Assembly: GCA_035627515.1 (NCBI GenBank)
Contig: DASPLQ010000012.1
Coordinates: 650,331-714,330, forward strand
Direction: 5' to 3'
Source: Vitreimonas sp.
GTDB taxonomy: Bacteria; Patescibacteriota; Microgenomatia; UBA1400; PJMF01
Length of the DNA: 64,000 nucleotides
The first letter of the stretch is position 1. Each line of letters begins with the position of its first letter. Below, piece after piece: positions 9,736-20,906 of the stretch. A program made the position numbers and the translations under genes. The notes under the pieces are model-generated. The model was not told where the DNA came from. It saw only the letters and a list, made by a program, of their open reading frames with translations, and did not search any database.

Positions 9736-10756
9736 AGAGCGCTGATGCAGTAGTAATTAGACCAGTTCCAAACACAGAGAGCAAGAGATATTCAACTTGA
9801 CTGCCTGTATTGGCTAAGGTGGAAGCACCTAAAACTTGACCTACACCACGACCATTGATACCGGTGCTAGCACCGAGGACACTACCACGACTGCGATCAG
9901 GGTCCAGGTGAACATCACCACACATTGGCATTGTTAATGACATCGATTGCGTGTTCCAACCTTCAGCACTAGCGGTAATGGTGCCATTACCGTTTTGATC
10001 AAAAGTAACTTTTGCACGACCATTTTCATTCGTATGAGCTTGTTTAGTAGAACCGTTATACACAAAAGTCACCAATACGTCTTTGACACCAGTACCATTG
10101 TCTTTGACATCCATCGCAGCGTCAAAAGTTTTTTGAGTACATTGCAAGTTATCATTACCTAAGCTGGTTTGACGACCCGACTCACTGGAGCCACCGCCTT
10201 TGCCTGACTCAGGAGGATTGGAAGGTGCCGGGTTGCTGGAGGCAGTAGGGCTGGCACTAGGGCTAGCTTCAGGTGAAGCACTAGGTTCCATTGAAGGACT
10301 AGGCTCTGGGGTAGCACTAGGTTCGAGGGTAGGACTTGGGTTAGGGGTGGCACTTGGTTCAGCAGTTGGACTAGGTTCTACGCTGGGAGTTGGGCTCGGA
10401 CTAGCACTTGCCTCAGGGTTACAAGTCTCACCATCATGAGGGATGTAATCATCTTCGTGGCCATTTAAAGGTGAGCCGTTTTCATCAAAGTGACCGGCAT
10501 TGCCGTTATCACCATATAAGGCTTCACAAGAGATATCGATCATGACATAAGGATTAACTTCATCAGATGAAGTAGCATGACAAATGACGATTTTTTTGTT
10601 GCCATTGGCTTGACACTCTTCTAAAGTAGGAATTGGTAAGTGATGAGCAAAGACAGGCAAAGCTTTGGTGACAAAAAAGAGTCCACCAATTAAAAGAGCT
10701 AAGCCGACATTAATTTGAGAAATAACAGCGTTTGAGGCAGCAGTGTTTTTTTGCAT
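9707..10756 (-). CDS. Sortase-anchored surface protein (signal peptide, KIVICH domain, Pro/Ser linker, Ig-like segment, LANTG sorting signal)
   Basis: LANTG followed by hydrophobic helix and short tail; overlaps the sortase start; start chosen at MQKNT. Confidence 0.78.
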   Translation of the reverse strand: MQKNTAASNAVISQINVGLALLIGGLFFVTKALPVFAHHLPIPTLEECQANGNKKIVICHATSSDEVNPYVMIDISCEALYGDNGNAGHFDENGSPLNGHEDDYIPHDGETCNPEASASPSPTPSVEPSPTAEPSATPNPSPTLEPSATPEPSPSMEPSASPEASPSASPTASSNPAPSNPPESGKGGGSSESGRQTSLGNDNLQCTQKTFDAAMDVKDNGTGVKDVLVTFVYNGSTKQAHTNENGRAKVTFDQNGNGTITASAEGWNTQSMSLTMPMCGDVHLDPDRSRGSVLGASTGINGRGVGQVLGASTLANTGSQVEYLLLSVFGTGLITTASALYGYFQTKQN

Positions 10757-10991
10757 GTTTTGTAAGAATTGAGTAATAAAAGTGTAATAAATTTGTGTGT
10801 CAGATAGTATCACAAACATTTAATTTGTGTCTATATGATCTATTATATATGTAATAGTTACACTTCTATATAGTCAATTTTGTAGGGGATTATAACAAAT
10901 AATATAGGACTTGTCAAGGCTAATGGTTTCGTATATCAGTCTATTTTCAACTCAAACTTTTGCTATTTTTATTTTCGGTTAAAATAGAGGC

Positions 10992-11573
10992 ATGTCCCGT
11001 CTGATCCTTGCTTCTCAGTCACCCCAGCGTCAACTCCTGATGAAAGCACTGGGAGTAGAGTTTATGGCAGTTCCGGCAGCAGTAGATGAAAAAAGCATTA
11101 CTGGCCCAACGCCGGCTGAGCGGGCTCAATTAATCGCCGAAGCTAAGGCGGAGAAAGTTAATCAGAGTTATCCTGAGGCTGTGATCGTGGCGGGCGATAC
11201 GTTTGTACATTTGAATGGCCACTCTCTAGAAAAGCCCACTTCACTTGCAGAAGCTCGAGAAATGTTAAGCACCCAATCTGGGCAGACGGTAGAAGTTGTC
11301 AGCGGTTTTTGTTATGTAGATCCTGATTTGCAGATTCATCACACGTCAGTAACTACTTTAAACACCACCTTTAGGCAGCTCAGCACACAAGAAATTGACC
11401 GCTATGTGACCACGCAACCAGTTACAACCTGGTCAGGAGCATTTTCAGTTGCATATCCGGAGGGGGGAGCTTTTTTTAGTCGCGTCGAGGGCTCATACAC
11501 GGCCTTTGTGTACGGTTTACCTGTGGAAGAGCTGGTGCCACTTTTGCAACGCTCAGGGTTATTACCTAAATAA
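10992..11573 (+). CDS. maf: Maf family nucleoside-triphosphate pyrophosphatase
   Basis: LILASQSPQR, AEAKA, VAGDT, LEKP, VYGLP motifs. Confidence 0.92.
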   Translation: MSRLILASQSPQRQLLMKALGVEFMAVPAAVDEKSITGPTPAERAQLIAEAKAEKVNQSYPEAVIVAGDTFVHLNGHSLEKPTSLAEAREMLSTQSGQTVEVVSGFCYVDPDLQIHHTSVTTLNTTFRQLSTQEIDRYVTTQPVTTWSGAFSVAYPEGGAFFSRVEGSYTAFVYGLPVEELVPLLQRSGLLPK

Positions 11574-12551
11574 ACGTTGTAACCACCCGCCACCACGCAC
11601 GGCAGTTTCTTGATCATCACCAGAAGGTGAGGCCACTTTAGGCTGGACCTCGCCTGTTTCACCATTCACTTCGTATTGCAGAATCGTGGGTTTGGGGGCC
11701 GGAGTTGCTGGTCGTTTCCAGAATTGGAGTCGACCAAATACGCCATTAGATCGTGATGAATTAGCTTGAGGAGGTTGGGGAGGGACAGGGACGATATACT
11801 TAACTGTTCCGTCTTCTTCGGTGACCACTTTCATTTCATCAGTTTTGATATTTTTTGGTAAGTTTTCTTGGTTTTTAATTTTTTCTAAGGCTTCTTCAGG
11901 GGTGACTTTTAAAACACCAGTTTTACCTTGAGCATTTTCTAAACGAATCCGTTCGGTGGCGTCTTCAGTTTTGGGTTTGATTTCAAGTTTGACATCCGGA
12001 TTATCCATGGTGGCTTTGGCTTCATCAGATTTAAACTCTATCACGGGCTTACCTTCGGGGTTGATGCCGGAGTTAATTTCCAACGGTTTAGGCCATGGCT
12101 CTGGTCGCTCACCTTGGCCATTTTTCTCGGCTTCCATCCGGCGGCGATACTCGGCTTCATTCATGCCTGGTTCAGTGGGTGACGGTACGGTCATTTGGAG
12201 ACGTTTGGTGCGGACCTCATCAGAAGGAGCCGGACTGGCTTTGAGCTCGAGCTGTTTTTTTCGCATCTCAATCACTGTTTCTTTGTTTTGAGCGTCGAGG
12301 CGAATGCGCATCTCATCGGCATTGGCAGGTTTAGGAGTCCTGGTCTGGACAGGCATGGGAGGCCGAATCATTTTCTGGTCGGTGATACCAGTATTAGCTC
12401 TGACTTCATCGCTTTCGCCCAACACATTGTCTTCTGTGATTTCGATTCGACCGGTGGGGAGAACATTAATTTCTAAGGCCAGCGTTTGGGGAGCAAAGGC
12501 TAAAAAGGTGAGGGTGAGTAACAAAGCAGTTACAGCGTGCGTAGTTTTCAT
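11562..12551 (-). CDS. Secreted hypothetical protein
   Basis: Signal peptide MKTTHAVTALLL...LA, NVLG motif, C-terminal EVNGETGEV and WLQRLFR. Confidence 0.65.
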   Translation of the reverse strand: MKTTHAVTALLLTLTFLAFAPQTLALEINVLPTGRIEITEDNVLGESDEVRANTGITDQKMIRPPMPVQTRTPKPANADEMRIRLDAQNKETVIEMRKKQLELKASPAPSDEVRTKRLQMTVPSPTEPGMNEAEYRRRMEAEKNGQGERPEPWPKPLEINSGINPEGKPVIEFKSDEAKATMDNPDVKLEIKPKTEDATERIRLENAQGKTGVLKVTPEEALEKIKNQENLPKNIKTDEMKVVTEEDGTVKYIVPVPPQPPQANSSRSNGVFGRLQFWKRPATPAPKPTILQYEVNGETGEVQPKVASPSGDDQETAVRGGGWLQRLFR

Positions 12552-12637
12552 AAGTCTTCCTTGTGATAGATACATCATGACAAATCTGGTACTTAAAAAC
12601 AAGATCTATTGACGGGGTCTATGCTACAATCAAAAGA

Positions 12638-12774
12638 CCTTCAGGGCAGGGTGCAAGTCCCGATCGGTGGTAAAGCCCACGAGTCCCGAGCTCCGCTCGC
12701 GACATGATTCGGTGAGTCCCGCGCTTAGCGCAGGATAACTCCGAAGCCGGCAGTACAGTCTGAATGAAAGAAGG
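12638..12774 (+). ncRNA. FMN riboswitch (RFN element)
   Basis: CTTCAGGGCAGGGTGCAAGTCCCGATCGGTGGTAAAGCCCACGAG...GATTCGGTGAG...TCCGAAGCCGGCAGTACAGTCTGAATGAAAGAAG matches the RFN consensus; TGnTACAAT promoter at 12622-12630. Confidence 0.92.
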
Positions 12775-12854
12775 CACACGTAACTCACAGGTTGAGTTAG
12801 GTGCTGTTTTTTATTCCCTCAAGGTTGGTAAAAAGTAATGTGTTAAGGATCTTT

Positions 12855-13787
12855 ATGATGAAGAGTCTGAAGTTTCAGGGCCCTGTATTAATTGTGATAG
12901 CCGCTATTTTGTGGGCACTTGATGGTGTGGTGCGCCGAAGTTTATTTACGTTGCCTCCCATTACGATTGTGTTTTTAGAACATTTGATTGGCACTGCCTT
13001 GTTACTTCCTTTGATCGCTAAAGAATTTTTGGCCCAAAAATTTACGTCTCGGATTATTGGTTTAGCAATTGCGGTGTCCCTATTAAGTAGTTTGCTAGGA
13101 ACCTTATGGTTTACCACGGCATTAGCCAAGGTTAACTTTATTTCCTTCAGCGTGGTGTTCTTATTGCAAAAGTTACAACCTATTTTTGTGATTTTATCTG
13201 CCACCTTATTACTGAAAGAAAAAATTACACCTAAATATCTGCAATGGGCAGCGTTGGCTTTTGTTGCCGCTTATTTTGTGACGTTCAAAAATGGGTATGT
13301 CAGTTTTGCGACCGGCAACCAAACCGTAATCGCGGCAGGATATGCCTTGGCAGCTGCCGCAGCCTGGGGTATTGGAACTACTTTGTCTAAGTTATTGATG
13401 AGAGAAGTTTCAAGTAATGTGGCCACTGGGTTGCGTTTTATAGGCGCAACAATCTTTGGTCTGCTTGGTGTGATGGTGATGGGGCAATCGGGTAGTTTGA
13501 GTATGGTGGAACCTTCACAATGGGCGCGCTTGGTTTTTATTGCTCTTTCAACTGGGATGGTGGCCTTGTGGATTTATTACCGTGGTCTGCAAAAAACAGA
13601 AGCCAAGATTGCAACTTTGTTGGAACTGGTTTTTCCATTACTAGCAGTTTTTATCGATGCTGTCATTTATAAAAGCTTTTTAGCTCCCAGCCAATATTTA
13701 GCGGCAGTGGTCCTGATGTTTGCACTCTATCAGATTGCTTTACTGCAAAAGCCCGAAAAGGTTGCTTCTCAAGCGAACGAATCTTGA
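12855..13787 (+). CDS. EamA/DMT transporter, probable riboflavin transporter (RibN-like)
   Basis: Two EamA repeats (~10 TM); directly downstream of the FMN riboswitch. Confidence 0.8.
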   Translation: MMKSLKFQGPVLIVIAAILWALDGVVRRSLFTLPPITIVFLEHLIGTALLLPLIAKEFLAQKFTSRIIGLAIAVSLLSSLLGTLWFTTALAKVNFISFSVVFLLQKLQPIFVILSATLLLKEKITPKYLQWAALAFVAAYFVTFKNGYVSFATGNQTVIAAGYALAAAAAWGIGTTLSKLLMREVSSNVATGLRFIGATIFGLLGVMVMGQSGSLSMVEPSQWARLVFIALSTGMVALWIYYRGLQKTEAKIATLLELVFPLLAVFIDAVIYKSFLAPSQYLAAVVLMFALYQIALLQKPEKVASQANES

Positions 13788-13889
13788 TATAATGATGGCT
13801 CGGTTCGGCAGGTATTACCTGTCTAACCAATGCCTGGAAGCGTCGCCCCGCGGGGCGGGACTTCTTAGACGATTAATAACTGGAATCAA

Positions 13890-13979
13890 GGAAGCGTCGC
13901 ATAGTGGCCCAGTGCAACAGGTTGCTAACCTGTACCACAGAAATGTGGTTCGTGGGTTCGAATCCCACCGCTTCCGCCA
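13890..13979 (+). tRNA. tRNA-Ser(GCU)
   Basis: GGAAGCG...ACAGG-TTGCTAA-CCTGT, long variable arm, GGTTCGAATCC, CGCTTCC-G-CCA. Confidence 0.95.
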
Positions 13980-14028
13980 CAATCGACAATCGAGCGTAGC
14001 TCGAATTGGCGAGTGTGGTGGGATATGC
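13950..14028 (+). repeat. 79-nt direct repeat copy 1 (tRNA 3' end plus 49-nt structured trailer); copy 2 at 55711-55789
   Basis: Manual alignment: identical except at 13985/55746 and 14018/55779. Confidence 0.9.
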
Positions 14029-14029
14029 T

Positions 14030-14782
14030 ATGAAACACCTCGTCCTTGTTGCTGATGACTTTGGTTTAACTCCGGGAATTAATCGCGGGTGTATAGCCGC
14101 TATCCAAACAGGAATTTTAACTGAGTTGTCATTAATGATGGATTCGCCTGCAACTGCTGAAGGTGTCAAAGCAGTCTTGGATAATAATATTCATGGTCTA
14201 GGTATTCATATTACGCTTCATGACATTGTAGGCACGGGCAGGTATTTGAAAACTGATGACTATAAGCAATTGTTAGCAGAAGCTCCAGCAGCGACGTTAG
14301 CTAATCGAGTTCGAGTCGAATTGCAAAAATTTGAAGAGCTAACGGGGAGAATTCCCACTCACATCAATGGTCATAAGAACTGCCATCTACATCCTAAAGT
14401 TATTGACGTAGTTAATGAGTATGCATTGCAACACGATATTTTTGTGAGACCTTTGATTGCTTTCTCAGATGGCAATAGCGCTGGGCAAGACATGAATGAT
14501 GTTTTGCTACAGCGAGGTGTTAAGTTGACTGATTACATTTTTGAACATATAGTTGGTAGTTTTGATGAAGCTCAGCAAGGTTTTGTAGAAGACTTCACAA
14601 TGGTTGCAGATAATACAGTCACCGAATTTTTCTTTCACCCTGCTTATGTTGATGATTTATTACGACAATTCTCATCCCTGGTTGGTGACCGTGAACGTGA
14701 CGTAAAGTTACTCACTGATAGTGAGTTTAAAAACCAGCTTGAAACTCAAGGAGCAATGATTTCAGGATTTGGAGATATTTAA
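14030..14782 (+). CDS. ChbG/YdjC family carbohydrate deacetylase
   Basis: LVADDFG, GLGIHITL, PTHINGHKNCH, FFHPAY, RERD motifs. Confidence 0.88.
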   Translation: MKHLVLVADDFGLTPGINRGCIAAIQTGILTELSLMMDSPATAEGVKAVLDNNIHGLGIHITLHDIVGTGRYLKTDDYKQLLAEAPAATLANRVRVELQKFEELTGRIPTHINGHKNCHLHPKVIDVVNEYALQHDIFVRPLIAFSDGNSAGQDMNDVLLQRGVKLTDYIFEHIVGSFDEAQQGFVEDFTMVADNTVTEFFFHPAYVDDLLRQFSSLVGDRERDVKLLTDSEFKNQLETQGAMISGFGDI

Positions 14783-16026
14783 TACACCAACGGCCCGGTT
14801 TCTACTGCCTCAAAGGCACTGCCGGGGATTGATTTCAACTGCTCCAATTCTTCATCGTTCCAGTTGGGATGTTGCTGACCACTGATATACCAATCACTGC
14901 CGTTGTCTGCCAGGATCATGCCATATTTTTTCAGCGCGGTAGCAATAACGCGAGCTTGGCCAGTTAAGTTGTTGATGTTGTAATCAGCTTTGAGCCGAAC
15001 TCTGAGGCCCATGGGTGGCAAGTTGGCATTGGTACTGCTGGATGCAAAATGAGTGGCGGGGTGAATAAAGGCTCGTTGTGAATTATTGACAGTAAAGCGA
15101 ATGGCGTGCTTAATTTCTCCCTGTGCGACTTCATCGTACCGGACGAGTCCAGGCAAGATCGGCAGCCCTGCCGCATCAGCTGACGTCCAGTATTGTGGAC
15201 GCAAGGCATTACTACTTAAATCAAAAATGGCGCCTGAGTCAGCATTCCAACTACTTGATTGAGGAAAGGCACGATAGAGCTCATACAATCGGCAGCTTTC
15301 AGTATTGAGGGCAATCACGTGACGGTCACCATCTGAGCTATTTCCACCCTCAATCGGGGCAGTGAGGGGAATAGGATACGGGCCTGGATCACTTTCGTCA
15401 CCATAAGCAGTAAAGTTAATGGGCGTCAAAGCTTGAGAGTTAGTGACGGTGATAAACGGAATGCCATAGGTTTCACCCCAGGTGGCGCCGCCAAAATCGG
15501 GATGAAGTTCTTCATTCGCTCCGATACTGGCAATGTAGCTAGCCGAGTTAGCATGGACAGGGTAACTGGAAATATCGGTGTTCCACGGATTGTTTGCTGG
15601 GAATATTTGGCAACCATTAATACTGGGTGCACCGGAAATAGGTGTCGCACTCGGGCTGGGGCTGGGAATTGGGGTGGGAGATGGTGAAGCTGATGGAGAG
15701 GGTTGTGGTGAGATTGAAGGTGAGGGCGAGGCAGCTGGGCTAGGAGTCGGCGCAGCTACACAGTCTTGTCCTAAAAATAAGAGAAACCATGAATAATCAG
15801 TTAAGTTCGTTTTACCGTCATGATTAATATCGGCTTGGGTATGGGTAGCGCTACTCAACGGAAAACTGTTGAGGAAAATAGTGTAATCAGGAAGATTAAC
15901 CTGGTGGTCTTGATTAAAGTCAGCATCGCAGGCAGTAGGGACTGCTTGAGCCTTTACCCCGACTGGTAGAAGCACATACATGAGTGTTACGATGAGCACT
16001 AAGCTAAGGATAAGATTCTTTTTCAT
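14779..16026 (-). CDS. Secreted protein: dockerin-like (double EF-hand) domain, Pro/Ser linker, conserved uncharacterised C-terminal domain
   Basis: DFNQDHQVNLPDY and DINHDGKTNLTDY repeats; FPANNPWNTDIS...DGDRH...AAGLPILPGL...IKHAIRF domain. Confidence 0.75.
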   Translation of the reverse strand: MKKNLILSLVLIVTLMYVLLPVGVKAQAVPTACDADFNQDHQVNLPDYTIFLNSFPLSSATHTQADINHDGKTNLTDYSWFLLFLGQDCVAAPTPSPAASPSPSISPQPSPSASPSPTPIPSPSPSATPISGAPSINGCQIFPANNPWNTDISSYPVHANSASYIASIGANEELHPDFGGATWGETYGIPFITVTNSQALTPINFTAYGDESDPGPYPIPLTAPIEGGNSSDGDRHVIALNTESCRLYELYRAFPQSSSWNADSGAIFDLSSNALRPQYWTSADAAGLPILPGLVRYDEVAQGEIKHAIRFTVNNSQRAFIHPATHFASSSTNANLPPMGLRVRLKADYNINNLTGQARVIATALKKYGMILADNGSDWYISGQQHPNWNDEELEQLKSIPGSAFEAVETGPLVY

Positions 16027-16048
16027 GCGTTTGTGATTTCAATGTTGA

Positions 16049-18493
<2,445 letters not shown>

Positions 18494-18509
<16 letters not shown>

Positions 18510-19942
18510 CTCTCTTGGACTTGTCGCAAGTTTTTAATAAATGTTTCAAAGTTATCCGCGCTAGTAGCTAAAATTTTAATTTGAGAGTGAAACGTTTTGT
18601 TAGTGGCATAGAGATGTTTAACAGTCTCGATTTTTTCTCCCGACCAATCACTTGACCATAGTAAACCTGCTAACACCATCGCCAAAGGGCGATCAATTAC
18701 TTCCGGATAAAGTTGATCTAAGGTGCTTTCCAATCTCAGACCACGGTCCAAAATTTCTTTCAGATGACCTGAGAGTTCAGCTCCAAACCGCAAAAAGCCT
18801 TGGGCCTTTTGATACTCACCCACCAATTCCAGTAATTTATTGCTTAATTCATGTTGCAATGGAGTTTGTGTTTGACGGCCGACACGAGTCACTGAGAGGA
18901 GTAAGTTGAGCGCCGGCTTACGGCCAGCTAAAAATAAATCTAAATCAAAGAACAGGTGCCCATCAGTCATCGACATTAAATTAGTTTGAATATAACCTGC
19001 CAAATCACCCTCATTGGTTTCGGCAATTGGGAGACAGGTAATTGAGACGTGATGATCATTAATCATAAAACTGCCGGCACGTTCCATCAGCCGGGAGTGA
19101 ATAAAAAACACATCGCCGGGATAGGCTTCTTTACCCGGAAATTCTTGAGCGAGTAAGGCGATTTCGCGATAGTATTCAGCATGGGCGCTCATGTTATCAA
19201 AAATGACCAATACATCATGACCTTGATCGCGGAAGTACTCAGCCAAAGTCATGGCTGTGTAGGGTGTCAGAAAAATACTGCCTGGACTATCACCGAGGTC
19301 ACTGGTTACAAACACACATTGGTCAGCGACGCCAGCTTTTTCTACTAACTGTCGCGCTGCCGAGATAGCAGAAGGTTTGCGGGCAATGCCGGCATAAATA
19401 CAGATGCTGCCCTGATGAGCTTGAGTGAGCATGGTTTGGAGTACAAACTGTGATTTACCCGTTTTTTTATCACCAATTACTAGCTCACGCTGTCCTTTTG
19501 CCAGTGGAATCATCAAGTCCACCAGCGCGACGCCAGTATCTAGACTTTGCCGAGACGTAGCCCGACTTTCTAAACTGAGTGGCTCGGCTTCTACTACGCG
19601 CCACTCGCCATCAGTGTGATACGGAGGTCCATGATGATGTAGTAACCGTCCTAGACTATCAATATTTTTACCCAACAGGTGATCACTGACAAAAACTTTC
19701 AAACCTTCACCGGTGCGAGCCACCATCATGCCGGGTTTGACTTCTAGTTCACTGCCCAGCAACATGATTTTGACTTCATGTTCGCCCACACTTAGTACTC
19801 GCCCATGAATGTCATTTTCTAAGACGACAATTTCGCCAACTTTGATACCTGGTAAATCACTCACCCATACCAAACCTGAGACCATCTTGGTGATGTAGCC
19901 AATTTCGCTGAGTTGTTCACGGTAGGATTGAAAATGATTCAT
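18494..19942 (-). CDS. atpA: F1 ATPase alpha-like subunit (divergent)
   Basis: GQRELVIGDKKTGKS, PGKEAYPGDVFFIHSRLMERA, TNLMSMTDG, SVTRVG. Confidence 0.95.
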
Positions 19943-19945
19943 AGA

Positions 19946-20710
19946 TTAAATGACTAATAACAAATAAGCTAAGCCTAAGCCCACGGCCATTACGCCTAGG
20001 GTAATTAAGACGTTTAATAAAATACCGATTTGAATAGTCCTCCCGGCCAAAGGGTTACGACCAATGGCTTGGACGCCAGTGTGTGCCACCCGAGCAAAAA
20101 ACCAAAAACCAAGAATGACTGAGCTGACTGTTAATAAGGTGGCAAGCGTGTAGCGTAAGGCTAAAACGGGAGATAAGTAAGTAGCATCAATACCTTCTTT
20201 GATGAGTTGAATTAAGTTGGCGCCCGCCCGGGCTGTCATGATAGCCGGTTTGGGTTGGACAGAAACAGGAATTAAACCAATTTTATTGGGATCACTCTCG
20301 TGCCAATCAGCTTGAGCAATGCCCAGGGCGTAACCACTCCGGGTGGCTTTTTGTCCCACTCCGTGGGTGGCAGAAGCTGCGACATACTCGCCTTTGTTGA
20401 TCGGGCCATTCATACTGGAGACCCGAACCCGGGCTATGCCTTGCGTGATAGCAGGTTTGAGGGTAGCGCTCCCAGTACTGAGAAAACCAACATCGGGGTC
20501 AAGCACGACTACGCCATAGGTTTGAGGGCTGTATTCTTGGGAGCACAGGATGAAACCTTGATCACTTTCACAAATCACACTGCCATCTTCCACATTTTCA
20601 CCGGCGATAGAAATAGAAGTAGCAACACCACTCAAAGTGAGAGCGTGCGCAGAAGTTGCAGCCAGCAAAAAAACAAACCACGCAAAACAAATCCCCGGTA
20701 ATTTGGTCAT
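19946..20710 (-). CDS. Signal-peptide protein with extracellular beta-domain fused to a C-terminal ATP-synthase c-subunit-like hairpin lacking the acidic residue
   Basis: Signal peptide ...AHA; ARVRVSSMNGPINKGEYV...PG-like domain; TM-TGVQAIGRNPLA-TM with no D/E in the last helix; first gene of the atp-like operon, TATTAT 6 nt upstream. Confidence 0.75.
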   Translation of the reverse strand: MTKLPGICFAWFVFLLAATSAHALTLSGVATSISIAGENVEDGSVICESDQGFILCSQEYSPQTYGVVVLDPDVGFLSTGSATLKPAITQGIARVRVSSMNGPINKGEYVAASATHGVGQKATRSGYALGIAQADWHESDPNKIGLIPVSVQPKPAIMTARAGANLIQLIKEGIDATYLSPVLALRYTLATLLTVSSVILGFWFFARVAHTGVQAIGRNPLAGRTIQIGILLNVLITLGVMAVGLGLAYLLLVI

Positions 20711-20763
20711 TACTCAATAATAGAGGATGAAGATGGCTCTAAACAATATGTAAACTCGATATG

Positions 20764-20906
20764 TTCGCCTTTTCTTTGTCTCGTCGTAAGTGTAAGAAAT
20801 CTGTAAGATGTGTACCAGGCATGGAAAAAGATCCACGCAGGAGTATTACGTTTCTCGGCATAAGCCGCAGCAAGCGCTTGTTTGCTGTCGGTTTAATTGT
20901 GGTGGC
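20764..20906 (+). repeat. 143-nt near-identical promoter/N-terminal segment, copy 1 (copy 2 at 32075-32217)
   Basis: Manual alignment, about 7 mismatches; contains TGTAAG-N5-TGTAAG and the ATG of MEKDPRRSITFLG. Confidence 0.92.

Noticed and set aside
10200-10439. Gly/Leu/Glu-rich antisense ORFs (also 15578, 24570, 45518, 54449 and other short shadow ORFs)
   Set aside because: Reverse-strand shadows of Pro/Ser linkers or of well-supported genes
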